From Octopus sinensis (taxonomy: Eukaryota): a stretch of DNA of 64,000 nucleotides. This document shows positions 24,765 to 38,527 of this stretch, piece after piece (within the stretch, counting starts at the first letter, position 1; every line of letters begins with the position of its first letter). The notes below the pieces were generated by a model. That model saw only the letters and a program-made list of their open reading frames with translations. It had not been told where the DNA came from and ran no database searches. The position numbers and the translations under genes were made by a program. Location: positions 74,896,001 to 74,960,000 of the forward strand of contig NC_043006.1 of NCBI RefSeq assembly GCF_006345805.1. The letters are read 5' to 3'.

Positions 24765-25340
24765 AAATATATATATATATTTGTGTGTATATGTATATAT
24801 ATAATGTATATATACATATATAAATACATATATATATATATGTGTGTGTGTATGTGTATAAGCCTGCACGCGTGTTTATTGTCTTTGTATCCGTTTTCGA
24901 ACATTATTAGCAACGATTTTATAAAGTCTCTTGGGAAGCTACACTGAAATGACTTTTTCCCCTCATTATCTTGTGTCTAGAGAAGCATGAACCTCAGGGG
25001 ACCCAAGGAAGGGAAAAGGAGGGTAGAGAAGAAAACGGGATTTGTGACACTCATACACTTTCCATGAGAATCAGCGGCATAATCTGAAAGTAACTGGCTG
25101 ACCACAAGCATGGAATTCTACAGAGACCAGTGGAATCGGTGTTGACCTAGCGAAAGATTTGAATGTTATATCCACAAATGGTCACATCTTGGAAATTAGC
25201 GATTGATTAGTCCTTAATCATTGATTGGTAATTCTGATTAAGAAAACAAAATGAAGCAATTGGCAATTCGTCACACTTACATAATACAGGGAGCAGTCAT
25301 ATTTCTCTATCTAAATATATATATATACATCTGTATATAA

Positions 25341-25645
25341 AGGCGCAATGGCCCAGTGGTTAGAGCAGCGGACTCGCGGTCGTAAGATCGCGGTTTCGAT
25401 TCCCAGGCCGGGCGTTGCGAGTGTTTATTGAGCGAAAACACCTAAAAGCTCCACGATGCTCCGGCAGGGGGTGGTGATCCCTGCTGTCCTCTTTCACCAC
25501 TCTTTCTCCCACTCTTTCTTCTGTTGGCTTGCTCGCTTAGCCAGCGGGGTGGCGTCATTCGAAGGCTAAAACAATGCGAACGCATTGTGACCAGCGATAT
25601 GTAACAACATCTGATGGTCTGGTCGGTCACGTGATCACGTGATAT
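25341..25645 (+). mobile_element. SINE family B, full head with variant tail
   Basis: TGGCCCAGTGG A box and GGTTTCGATTCC B box. Confidence 0.9.
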
Positions 25646-26028
25646 AAAAGCATATAAATCTGTAGAGCAATTAGCGTCCACACGCTGACGGAATGACATC
25701 ATCAGTCTTTAAGTCTCAGTTTTATACGAGGCGAAAAGGAAAAAAATTAAAAAAAGGAGACAGAAAAAAGACAGAAAAAGGAAAGAAAAAGAAGAATATT
25801 TAATCAAACAGTTTTGTATCCATTGACCCAGGTTCAATACTGGGGTCTAGCGAAACTAACAGGGTTGACAAGCCAACTGTATGTGCTCCCGTTGATACTT
25901 TAAGTTTAAATTTCTATAATTTCAAATTCCTATAACTTCTAATTTTGAACTTGACAAAGACAGGTTTACTCTCGAAATATCAGTCAACCAATAACATATC
26001 TATTTATAATCGAATCGCACACTTCGTC

Positions 26029-26049
<21 letters not shown>

Positions 26050-26063
<14 letters not shown>

Positions 26064-27264
26064 CATTATCTTTTTTTCTTCTTTCAAATTTGCTTCCATT
26101 TCTTGCCGAGTGTCTTCCCGACTCCTAGGGCAAAGAAACTCATAGTATACATTGGTAGGCCATTAAACTAAACTCACTAGTTCGTTCATTTTTTTTTAAA
26201 GTTAAATTAAAATACATGGGTAGTAATAGCTCTCACATCGACAATGCTCTTCTCAATACGTGTGATGTACCAGTTAAGACAATCTTTTGCACTTCTTGCA
26301 GGGATGGTAAGCCAGGGATCATTCTCATATAATTTTCGGTTCCCTTCTTGATTATTCCTAGTGCTCCTACGATCACTGGTATTGTAACCGCCTTGAGATG
26401 CCACATTTTCTCAATTTCAATGAGCAGGTCTTTATATTTTCTGAGCTTGTCAAACTCTTTCGCCGAGATATTATGATCACAGGGGATGCTCATGTCGATC
26501 AATAAGCAAACTTTATTGTTTTGGTCTTTCACAACAATATCTGGTTTATTGGCTTTGATGGTTCGGTCTGTGTGTACTGGAAAGTCCCACGGAATCGTTA
26601 CATTTTCTCCTTCAGTTACAGCTTAAGGGTGGTGATTATACCACTTGTCTGCAGTTTTGATATTGTAATGCCGACTTATTAGCCAGTGTAGATATTGGCC
26701 AACTCTGTCATGTCTTAATTTATACTCCACTGGTGCTAAGACTATACATCCAGAGGTTACGTGGTCCACTGTTTCAATCATGTCGTTGCAGAATCGGCAT
26801 TTTGGGTCTGCTCCATTTTTCATCACATTGGCCTGGTAGTTCCCGGTTAATAGGCTTTGATCTTGAGCAGCCAGGATGAAACCTTCGCTCTCTGCTTTTA
26901 GCCCTGAGCTTCGTAGCCACTGATGGGTTTGCTTCTGGTCAACATCCGCTTGTTTGCTGCGGGCCACATATTTGCCGTGCAGAGGTTTCTCCTCCCACCT
27001 ATCAGCCAATTGCTCGTTGCCATTATTTTCACCTTCTTTGCAACAATAGTTGCCGTACTTCCCTCGGGTTGTTCAGTTTGCTTTCCTTTATGATAGAATG
27101 AAGCTTCTTTCATCTCGTGATTTTCCACGAGATTTAGCATCCAGTCATTCGTTATTTCGAGATATTTGGCCAGTCCAATTGTGATTGTTTTGTAAGCTAG
27201 TTCAAATTGGACCAGGCCTCGACTTCCTTGGGCTCTGGGAAGGTAAAGGCGATCTACGTCTGCC

Positions 27265-27266
<2 letters not shown>
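26050..27266 (-). mobile_element. Dong/R4-type LINE, 5'-truncated (RT thumb, CCHC zinc knuckle, REL endonuclease)
   Basis: ADVDRLYLPRAQGSRGL; CRFCNDMIETVDHVTSGC; HDRVG; KPDIVVKD...IDMSIP...GALG. Bounded by (ATT)n on both sides. Confidence 0.9.
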
Positions 27267-27335
<69 letters not shown>

Positions 27336-27471
27336 GTTGTTGTTGTTGTTGTTGTTGTTGTTATTATTATTATTATTATTGTTATTATTATTATTATTAT
27401 GGTTATTGTTATTATTGTTATTATTATTGTTGTTATTGTTGTTATTATTATTATTATTGTTGTTATTATTA

Positions 27472-27531
<60 letters not shown>

Positions 27532-27589
27532 GTGATGAAAATTCACAGCTTATTTTGCTGGATATGATGGAAAGTGTCAGCTGTCCACA

Positions 27590-28918
27590 GCAGGCAGACT
27601 AAGGTGACATTTGTTTACTGGTCATGCTTCAAGAACCCCGCGAAGAATTCTTGCAGTTCCAAGCAATGTTGATTTTTTTTTTTCGTAGGTGTTCTACCTT
27701 CACATTTGCACCAGTCTTTTTCAGCCATGTTGGTAGTTGAGCGCTGCTACTTCCAAGCGCATCAATTACTATTGGTATCACGTCTTCTCTCTTCACTGAC
27801 CACAACCTTCGTATTTCTCACTTCAAATCGTCATAGTTGTTTATTTTTCCTTCTTTTTTTCACATATTGATCCTGTTATCACCGGGGCGTGCTACGTTGG
27901 TTCTTTTTTATTCACCACAACAATGTCCAGTTTTCGATTTCTGGTCGGGTGATCACAATGGATCATTGCATCGCACAGAATTTTGCAATTCTTATTTTCG
28001 GTAACTCCTTCTGGAGTTTTCTCATACCACGTCTTTGCTCTTTGTAGGCTGTGATTTCCATAGAGCTCTCAATGGATCGTCCTTGCCACAGTGTCATGGC
28101 ATCCTTTGCATTCGCGTTGTGCCAAATTCAGGCATTCACTAACGATGTGCCGTACTGTTTCACCTCTCTGATCACATATTCTGCAGTTATCCCTATCGGT
28201 AGTGTTGTCAATTCTGCACTTCATATAATTGGTCCTTAAGGCTTGTTCCTGAGCTGCACATATGAGTGCTTCCCTCTCTATCTTTAGGTCACTCCTCTTC
28301 ATCCATAGCCACCGGTCCTCTGTATATGTCTTGGCGTTCACATCTCTTGCAAACTGACCGCACATTTTATTTTCCTTCCTTGCTTTTTCTTTTTCTTTTT
28401 TTGTTCATTTCTTGTTTAAACTTTCCTTTCGTTACAAAAATTTTCTGTTTTGATGACGCCGGCCTCCTATGTGTGTTTCAACAGTGGCACCAGGGCATTT
28501 TTATATACCACTCTAGGCTGTTTTCCTCTGCTTCGATACAGTCCTTCGATCAAACCTCTCTCACCTTTTCTTCCGGACAAGTAGAGCCTATCGGTGTCAC
28601 TCTTAGGGTGGAAGGCTCCGTGTACTGTCAACATTCTTCTGGTCTTGGTATCCATTTTCTTAATTCCTCTCTTTTTCCATTTTATAATTCCCACTCCGTA
28701 CCGAAGTGAGCGCAACAACAACCTCTGCCTTCGAAAATACTACATCCTCAGTGACTATTTCATTTTCTTTTCCACTATCTCATTGAACTCTAGTGCACCG
28801 AGGTATTTATATCCTTCCGTTTCACTTTACGTAATCAAAATCACTCTTCAATAGTTCTATCCCAGCTACGGACTGTACCTTGCCTCCTGTTAGGTAGATT
28901 ATTCCGCACTTCTTGAGT
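27590..28918 (-). mobile_element. Second Dong/R4-type LINE fragment (different family, decayed)
   Basis: LRYGVGIIKW...MLTVHGAFHPKSDTDRLYL..KGERGL; LICAAQEQALRTNY; CRICDQRGETVRHIVSEC. Confidence 0.85.
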
Positions 28919-28983
<65 letters not shown>

Positions 28984-29035
28984 TTTATTATTTTTATTAT
29001 TATTATTATTATTATTATCATCATCATCATCATCA

Positions 29036-29094
<59 letters not shown>

Positions 29095-29096
<2 letters not shown>

Positions 29097-29565
29097 ATGT
29101 TTGACTTTTGCTTTACATTTGTACAAGTTGGTTCCAAGTCTCACCCAGAGACCTCAAGAGACAAGTTGGAAGTTCATGTTGGTGTTATGCCTAGGCTGCC
29201 AATATTTGATTTTGTACTTAGTGTTGTACTAGTGAATGTTTAAGAAACCATAAGAAAATTATGTTTGTTTTAAAACTTGAGATTACATATTCAGTAGTTT
29301 TATTTTTGTGTCGTGCTTTCACTTCACTACCGAGCACAGCTTTGTATATGTGCCTTGGGTATGTGCTGCGGTTTGTTGTGATGCTCTTATGGTTACTATA
29401 TTGAAAGTGTTTTGCGTAGGATGTGTGCAGTGCCTAGTAGTGCAATTTTCTGTATGTTATATATATTTGTAAGTCCTGGTGTTTTTGTTATGTATTTGTC
29501 TGAATATTTGTTTATCGTACCTAATGCGCCTACTATGATAGGAATTGTCTCTGTTTTCTTTATTA
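29095..29565 (-). mobile_element. Dong/R4-type 3' end plus 3' UTR (same family as 35007-35478)
   Basis: TETIPIIVGALGTINKYSDKYITKTPGLTNIYNIQKIALLGTAHILRKTLSI*. Confidence 0.85.
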
Positions 29566-29572
29566 TTATTTT

Positions 29573-29606
<34 letters not shown>

Positions 29607-29622
29607 ATCATCATCATCATCA

Positions 29623-29682
<60 letters not shown>

Positions 29683-30184
29683 CATGTATATCAATTGAAC
29701 TGTTTGTTGTAATGTAAATTTCAGTTTGTAAGCTTTATATATCCAATAAGACCATTACCGCTGCTGCCAATATAAGACATAAAATGTTACTGTGAAACCT
29801 TTCAGAGACCAACTGGCTTTATATTCTTGTATTCTTTTAAGTATTCTAGCCTAAAGGCTATGGCCATGCTGGGGAACCGCCATATTGTGTATTCTTTAAG
29901 TGAAATCTAATAGTGAAGCTCGGGCCTCTTTAAGATCTAATTACGAGAAGATTTGATTCGCAGCTCTTAGCAACCAAGAACGTTCCAGCTGCTGACCAAT
30001 AGACGTGCTATGTCCTCTCTCTACCTTTTCAACAACCACGATCATTGTTATCGATATCACATATTTAATCTCTGTTTCGTTAATGCGTTTATTGGCTGCG
30101 GGATTCGTCTAGAGACACCGAGTGTTAAAAATTTCTGAATACCTCAAACCAGACGAGATGAATCGTCCCATAGGTGAACAAGAA

Positions 30185-30229
30185 CGATGGATACCGATAT
30201 TTCGCAGTTGTTTCAGCTCTTCAGCATCG
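30185..30229 (-). ncRNA. Type I hammerhead ribozyme with intact core
   Basis: CGATG-CTGAAGA-GCTG[AAACAA]CTGC-GAAA-TA[TCGG]TA-T-C-CATCG. Stem I is a perfect 5 bp; AUC triplet; predicted cleavage between 30190 and 30189. Confidence 0.8.
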
Positions 30230-30889
30230 CATACCCGAATCACCTCGAAACGAATTCGAATCGCTAGCCTGGGACATGTATTGCAGATATCGTAAAAGGC
30301 TATCTTCTGATGTGCAACTGCGCGGCACAAGTGAAACAAAATTAACTTTTGAAATAAAAAACAGCTTTTGCAACGTAAACATTACTGATGTCACATACTA
30401 AACGTCTGTGTTTTGTTTATGCGATTATTAACTGCGGGATTCGATAATGGCCTCTGTTCCTCAGAGGTGGCTGGTTCTGTACTGTCTCAACCCAGTACTC
30501 TTAACCGACATCTTTCTCCTTCTATCGTTACCTCTGTTGTGTTCAAACCCTTATGTCCCACGCCAACTACCACCATACCCATGCCCAGTCCAGTCCTTCC
30601 TTCCCAGGGCATCGGCTCTTTGAATCTCATCCCTGCTCGTGTCTTTCTCTTTGTGTCTATTTCCGATTTGTGACAGTTCAAACAGAACGTTAACGACATC
30701 AGTCTCACTGATCTCGGACAGCTTGTGAAGGTACAAGGAATTACTTCTTCCCCGAGACCCAACAACTAAAACAAAGAAAGAAAGAAAAAGAAATATTCAT
30801 TAATCATGAGTGCTGCCCTGATTCGTCATTAATGTAGTCAACCGAACGAACACCAGACAAGCTACCGTGCAGTTTCAAATATTGGTTTC

Positions 30890-31090
30890 AAATTTTGGCA
30901 CAAGGCCAGCAAGTTTTGGGGCGGGAGCCAGTCGATTACATCGACCCCAGTGCTCAACTGGTATTTTATCGACCTCGAAAGGATGGAAGACGAATTCAAC
31001 TACGTGGGAATTTAAAGTCAGAACAGTAATGTCAGAAGAAATGCCGCTAAGCATTTTCCCCGGCGCAGCAATGATTCTGCTAGCCCACCA
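30890..31090 (-). mobile_element. SINE family A, degenerate
   Basis: Family body in reverse complement. Confidence 0.7.
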
Positions 31091-31889
31091 CTCTAGAGGT
31101 GTCCATATATTACAACTGGAGTTGCATGGTTACTGCGATTCAAAGACTCAGTTCTCATAGGCTAATTTTCCACAGTTTCAAATAAGTAATTAATGTCGGG
31201 TGGAGATAACATTTCGTTTATGTATTTAATTTGCAAGATTTTGTTGCATCTCGAGTGGTAGGGACATTATCGAGTAGAAAGGTCATGTCATTGATGAGGT
31301 CGCGAATGACGACGGAAAGACCTTGACAAACCCGATTGATTAACTAACCTAACGATGGAACAAACACTTGATTAAGTGATTGGTTAAATGTTTGCGAATT
31401 GATGAATGAGAAAAAAATTGAAATAGAAACAAGTGGTGTAATAATTCTCTGTAAAATAGCGGCACCACTGCGGAATTGATGAGTGCCTTGCTAGCATGCG
31501 GTACTGCAAAGCATACCCATGACAGAGCAGCGCTGTATCAAGAAGGAAATAATATTTTAGTAATCACATCCAGCTGTCACTCGCGAGCGAGTATGGTTTT
31601 GTAATATGTAACATGCTTTCAGTGCCTGTTTCAGATATAAATGTAGTCCAGAGCAGATGTTTCGGTCCTCCTCACTTTTGACTCATCAGAATATCCAAGG
31701 TGTGACAGCTGGAAGGAGAGATACTGCACCAGCACCCGGTTGGTACACGTTCTAGCTCTTTAGACTGGAGCAACGTGAAATGTAGTGCTTAGCTCAAGGA
31801 CATAACGCGTCACCAGATCTAGCAATTGAGCCCACCACATGAGACCACCATGTCGCACACATATGCACTGCTCTCTCACTCAATAATAA

Positions 31890-31972
<83 letters not shown>

Positions 31973-32277
31973 TGACTCAAGAAGTGCGGAATAATCTATC
32001 TAACAGTCCGTAAGGTACGGTCCGTAGCTGAGATAGAACTATTGAAGAGTGATTTGATTACGTAAACTATAAGAGCCATAAGAACCATAACCATGTATAA
32101 GAACCATCTTATAACCATAAGATCTTATAACCATAAGAGCCCACGATCTTATAACCATAAACAAAACACTAAACCACGCACCTTCAATCGAAATAATCTT
32201 TCAACCGATTAATACTAAGTTGATCGTTGACTTAGTAGGATATTGTGGTTTAATACGAATTAGCTATTTATATCGCG

Positions 32278-32655
32278 GCACTCCGTCGGTTACGACGACG
32301 AAGGTTCCAGTTGATCCGATCAACGGAACAGCCTGCTCGTGAAATTAACGTGTAAGTGGCTGAGCACTCCACAGACACGTGTACCCTTAACGTAGTTCTC
32401 GGGGAGATTCAGCGTGACACAGAGTGTAACAAGGCTGGCCCTTTGAAATACAGGTACAACAGAAACAAGAAGAAAGTGTGAGAGAAAGTTGTGGTGAAAG
32501 AGTACAGCAGAGTTCACCACCACCCAATGCCGGAGCTTCGTGGAGCTTTAGGTGTTTTCGCTCAATAAACACTCACAACGTCCGGTCTGGGAATCGAAAC
32601 CTGGGAATCGAACCGCGAGTCCGCTGCCCTAACCACTGGGCCATTGCGCCTCCAC
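32278..32655 (-). mobile_element. SINE family B, full length
   Basis: Reverse complement of the 42870-43250 copy, including the CGTAACCGACGGAGTGC tail. Confidence 0.9.
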
Positions 32656-33679
32656 GCTATTTATATAATACCGTTACTATTCCAGTATCGCTTAGTACTG
32701 GTTGTAGGGTGGCTGAACAGTTAAGAAGTTTGTTTTGCAATAACTATGTTCCTGATTCGATACAAGACAAGTTAAGTAGTATCACATATGAAAATGAAAT
32801 ATCAATTTTCTACAAGCTATTTAGTTTTTCTAACAGTAAACTACATGCTGTAACATGGGTTAACAAGTTAAACTCAAAACAAGATATTGATTCAGTGCAT
32901 AAAAATAAATGTAAATTGAAGAGTTAAAAAGAGAAAACATTGAACAAAATTCATTGATATTTTGGTCTCTACCTCTCATTATTTTATCAAAATATGAAAT
33001 CTGCTTGGTGACCGATATCCACAGATCTACACATGAATCCTGGCAATTCCTAGATTTTGTTATGATTGACAAAAGAGCACTGATTTCAGAGACACACATA
33101 TATGTCGTCACTGCAAATGGAATGAAAATACACTTCTTAGTCATAATCTCTGAAGGGTTAAATTAATATATGCAGAATAATATAGTTCTTCGTGAGCTTA
33201 ATGGCACCTAGTTATTTTTACGAGTTAGTTTTTAACATATGGAACGATTTTTATTAGGAATATGCCTTCCTTCTCTGTCGCCGCTCCTAATCAAATACAC
33301 TCTTGTAGCAAAGTTGGGAATTTCTGTTGTACACAGTTCCCACTCGAAAAAATAACACACATGTACTTTTACATAATCAATACCCGATACTATAAGACCA
33401 ATAGCTCACATTTTATTCAGTTGCCACCCATTAATAAAACACAACCCATACAGCTAATGTCAGGACACAAAATACGTACAACAGCAATTACACAAGATAA
33501 ACAAAATACGAACACCAGTCGACGAAATATAACACTCATATTGTTCCTATGCTGTACAAGAGAGGAAAGACTAAAATAACACAAGAAACAACGAAACAAA
33601 TACGATGTATGATTGAACAGAAACGGAGTTAGGCATTCCCAATAGAGAGCGCTACACACAAAACTGTTGAAAATATTAA

Positions 33680-33681
33680 GC

Positions 33682-33716
<35 letters not shown>

Positions 33717-33718
33717 TA

Positions 33719-33775
<57 letters not shown>

Positions 33776-34172
33776 TAATAAAATTAATAATAATAATAAT
33801 ATAATAATAATAATAATAATAATGATATAATGATAATAAAATTAATATAATAATAATAATAATAATTAATGATAATAAAATTAATAATAATAATAATAAT
33901 AATAATAAAATAATAATAATAATGATAATAAAATTAATAATTAATAATAATAATAATAATAATGATAATAAAATTAATAATAATAATAATAATAATAATA
34001 TAATAATGATAATAAAATTAATAATAATAAGAATAATAATAATAATATAATAATAATACATAATATAATAATGATAATAAAATTAATAATAATAATAATA
34101 ATATAATAATATAATAATAATGATAATAAAATTAATAATAATAATAATAATATAATGATAATAAAATTAATA

Positions 34173-34255
<83 letters not shown>
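33680..34255. repeat. (TAA)n array with a recurring GATAATAAAATT sub-unit, then (GAT)n
   Basis: Seen directly. Confidence 0.9.
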
Positions 34256-34865
34256 GTTGACTTTGCATATCCTGGTGACAACAGTGGAGGTACATGGCCT
34301 AGTGGTTAGAGTAGCGGACTGGGATCGAGAGATCGCGGGTTCGAATCTCAGACCGGGCGATGTGTGTATTTATGAGCGAAACACCTAAGCTCCACGCGGC
34401 TCCAGCAGAAGATAATGGTGAACTTCTGCTGACTCTTTCGCCACAACTTTCTCTCACTGTTTCCTCCTGCATCTTGCAGCTCACCTGCGACGTACCGGCG
34501 TCCCGTCCAGGTAGGGGAACCTGTTACGCCAATGAAACCGGGAAACCAGCCCTTATGAGACAAGCATGGCTAGAGAAGGAAGAAACAACACCTGGTGACA
34601 GTAAAATTGAAGAGAAACAAGAAAAAGTAAACAAGTATGATGAAGTGAAATGAGAAATATACAGGCTGTGGGCAAAGAAGAAAGTGGACGCGATACCAAT
34701 AGTGATTGGTGGTGCGCCTGGAAGCATTGGTGTCCAATTACAAACTCAGCTTAAAAAGTTTGGAACTAACGTAAGCAGAATACCTACAAAAGGCACCGTC
34801 GCCTGGAACTGTAAGAGCTCTCTGCAAGGAGAGTTCTTGAAGCATGATCAGTAAACAAGAGTCAC
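34255..34865 (+). mobile_element. Dong-type REL fragment interrupted by a family-B SINE (34281-34590) with a 10-bp TSD CCTGGTGACA; duplicated at 35719-36330
   Basis: Removing the SINE and one TSD copy restores VDFAYPGDSKIEEKQEKVNKYD. Confidence 0.85.
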
Positions 34866-34962
34866 ATTAGTCTGCTGACCGTGGACAGCCGACACTTTCG
34901 ATCATACCCAGCAAAATTAATGTAAGAGGTATAATAATAATAAAATAATAATAATAATAATA

Positions 34963-34996
<34 letters not shown>

Positions 34997-35006
34997 GTAA
35001 TAATAA

Positions 35007-35478
35007 GCAACCATACTCTGGGATATGCCGATACACACAGATAGAGAAATTAAGGCCAACAGACCAGATATAGTTGTCAGAGATCATGAAGAAAAAAAAT
35101 GCTTTCTAATTGATGTATCAATACCGGCAGATGACAACGTGTCTCTAAAAGAAATGGAGAAACTCTCAAAATACAAAGACCTGGAAATAGAGGTAACTAG
35201 AATGTGGAACCTGAAAACAGAAACAATTCCTACCATAGTAGGCGCATTAGGCATGATAAGAAAATATTCAGACAAATACATAACAAAAACACCAGGACTT
35301 ACAAACACATATAACATACAGAAAATTGCACTACTAGGCACTGCACACATCCTACGCAGAACACTTTCCATACAATAACCATCAGAGCACCACAACAAAT
35401 CACAGCACATACCCAAGGCACACAGAGCTGCGCTCGGTAGTGAAGTGAAAGCACGCTATAAAAATAAAACTACTGAAT
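35007..35478 (+). mobile_element. Dong/R4-type REL domain 3' end between (TAA)n tracts
   Basis: Open 117-aa ORF MPIHTDREIKANRPDIVVRD...IDVSIP...EKLSKYKDL...GALG. Confidence 0.9.
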
Positions 35479-35604
35479 AGTAATAATAATACTAATACTA
35501 ATAATAATAATAATAATATGATTGATGAAGATGATGATGATGATGATGGTAGTAGTAGTAGTAGTAGTAATGTAATAATAATAATGATAATAATAATAAT
35601 AATA

Positions 35605-35654
<50 letters not shown>

Positions 35655-36394
35655 GGTGGTGTGGTGGTGGTGGTGGTGGTGGTGGTGATGATGATGATGA
35701 TGTGATGATGATGATGATGTTGACTTTGCATATCCTGGTGACAACAGTGGAGGTACATGGCCTAGTGGTTAGAGTAGCGGACTGGGATCGAGAGATCGCG
35801 GGTTCGAATCTCAGACCGGGCGATGTGTGTATTTATGAGCGAAACACCTAAGCTCCACGCGGCTCCAGCAGAAGATAATGGTGAACTTCTGCTGACTCTT
35901 TCGCCACAACTTTCTCTCACTGTTTCCTCCTGCATCTTGCAGCTCACCTGCGACGTACCGGCATCCCGTCCAGGTAGGGGAACCTGTTACGCCAATGAAA
36001 CCGGGAAACCAGCCCTTATGAGACAAGCATGGCTAGAGAAGGAAGAAACAACAACCTGGTGACAGTAAAATTGAAGAGAAACAAGAAAAAGTAAACAAGT
36101 ATGATGAAGTGAAATGAGAAATATACAGGCTGTGGGCAAAGAAGAAAGTGGACGCGATACCAATAGTGATTGGTGGTGCGCCTGGAAGCATTGGTGTCCA
36201 ATTACAAACTCAGCTTAAAAAGTTTGGAACTAACGTAAAGCAGAATACCTACAAAAGGCACCGTCGCCTGGAACTGTAAGAGCTCTCTGCAAGGAGAGTT
36301 CTTGAAGCATGATCAGTAAACAAGAGTCACATTAGTCTGCTGACCGTGGACAGCCGACACTTTCGATCATACCCAGCAAAATTAATGTAAGAGG

Positions 36395-36473
<79 letters not shown>

Positions 36474-36483
36474 GTAATAATAA

Positions 36484-36955
36484 GCAACCATACTCTGGGA
36501 TATGCCGATACACACAGATAGAGAAATTAAGGCCAACAGACCAGATATAGTTGTCAGAGATCATGAAGAAAAAAAATGCTTTCTAATTGATGTATCAATA
36601 CCGGCAGATGACAACGTGTCTCTAAAAGAAATGGAGAAACTCTCAAAATACAAAGACCTGGAAATAGAGGTAACTAGAATGTGGAACCTGAAAACAGAAA
36701 CAATTCCTACCATAGTAGGCGCATTAGGCATGATAAGAAAATATTCAGACAAATACATAACAAAAACACCAGGACTTACAAACACATATAACATACAGAA
36801 AATTGCACTACTAGGCACTGCACACATCCTACGCAGAACACTTTCCATACAATAACCATCAGAGCACCACAACAAATCACAGCACATACCCAAGGCACAC
36901 AGAGCTGCGCTCGGTAGTGAAGTGAAAGCACGCTATAAAAATAAAACTACTGAAT
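36484..36955 (+). mobile_element. Duplicate of the Dong REL fragment at 35007-35478
   Basis: Identical 117-aa ORF at 36502-36855. Confidence 0.9.
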
Positions 36956-37082
36956 AGTAATAATAATACTAATACTAATAATAATAATAATAATAATGAT
37001 GATGAAGATGATGATGATGATGATGGTAGTAGTAGTAGTAGTAGTAATAGTAATAATAATAATGATAATAATAATAATAATA

Positions 37083-37132
<50 letters not shown>

Positions 37133-37164
37133 GGTGGTGGTGGTGGTGGTGGTGGTGGTGGTGG

Positions 37165-37199
<35 letters not shown>

Positions 37200-37201
<2 letters not shown>

Positions 37202-37535
37202 AAGAGGACTCAGGGGGAGCATACTCCCGCCAAGGCAACACCACTGTCTTCTCAAGGATTAGCCAGAGATGATTTTTGAAATGAAAATATCTGAAATGAA
37301 CTCGACTGCTCTCACAAACGAGAATACTAAAAATGAACCCGACCGCCCTCAAAAGTTATGTAGAAGAACAGGAAAAATAATCCAGAATTCTTGTCCAGTA
37401 CCAGAGCGATCTCAAAATCTAATCAGTTCGTCGTGCCAGTCACGAGGCCAAACATACCTGAAAGTTTCATCGAAATCCATCCAGCGGTTCTTGAGATATC
37501 TTGTACACGGACAAACAAGACTGAAAACAATACCT
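37200..37535 (-). mobile_element. Helentron-associated non-autonomous element (HINE-like)
   Basis: Reverse-strand homologue of 47147-47513. Confidence 0.6.
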
Positions 37536-37792
37536 CCTTTTAATGATAATAATGATTTCAAATTTTGGCACAAGGCCAGCGAGTTTTGGAGAGGGGGCAA
37601 GTCGATCAAATCGCCCTCAGTGTTTCATTGGTACTTAATTTATCAACCTCGAATGGACGAAAGGCAAAGTCGACCAGGGCGGAATATGAAATCAGAACGT
37701 AAAGACACTTAATGTCACATAACATTTTTTTTTCTGGAATACTGACAATTCTGCCAGCTTGCACCTTAATAAGACTATCAGAATACTGTTAG

Positions 37793-38214
37793 TACTCTCT
37801 TTACTCTTTTACTCTTTTACTTGTTTCAGTCATTTGACTGCGGCCATGGTGGAGCACCGCCTTTAGTCGAGCAAATCGACCCCGGGACTTATTCTTTGTA
37901 AGCCCATTACTTATTCTATCGGTCACTTTTGCCGAACCGCTAAGTGACGGGGACGTAAACACGCCAGCATCGGTTGTCAAGCAATGCTAGGTGGACAAAC
38001 ACAGACACACAAACATACACACACACATATATATATATATATACATATATACGACGGGCTTCTTTCAGTTTCCGTCTACCAAATCCACTCACAAGGCTTT
38101 GGTCGGCCCGAGGCTATAGTAGAAGACACTTGCCCAAGATGCCACGCAGTGGGACTGAACCCGGAACCATGTGGCTGATTAGCAAGCTACTTACCACACA
38201 GCCACTCCTGCGCC
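37793..38214 (-). mobile_element. SINE family C (GTGGCTGTGTGGTAAG head, internal microsatellite, (AAAAGAGT)n tail)
   Basis: Homologous to 49750-50135 and 60934-61337. Confidence 0.9.
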
Positions 38215-38256
<42 letters not shown>

Positions 38257-38527
38257 AGCTTCCGTTATTCACCATAAGGTTTCATACATGACAAAGAAAG
38301 AATTACTAAACATACGAGGATGTGTGCGTGTATGTATGTATGATTGAGCGCGCAAATATATATTTGAACTTTTTTGAATTTTCTGTTTTTCCTTACTCCG
38401 TACGTTGTTACTTTGACTTTCTCTCATCTTTTCTTCTTCTTTTCGTCTTCTCTCTGTGATTATTGTCTCTTATTCTTTTCCGTTGATGACAGGATATATA
38501 TATACGCATATATATATATATATATAT

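Noticed and set aside
30413-30765. ORFs on both strands (86-92 aa) and a possible small exon at ~30237-30319
   Set aside because: No recognisable family. The possible donor overlaps the flank of the hammerhead element, and the phase does not join the TMEM26 exon.
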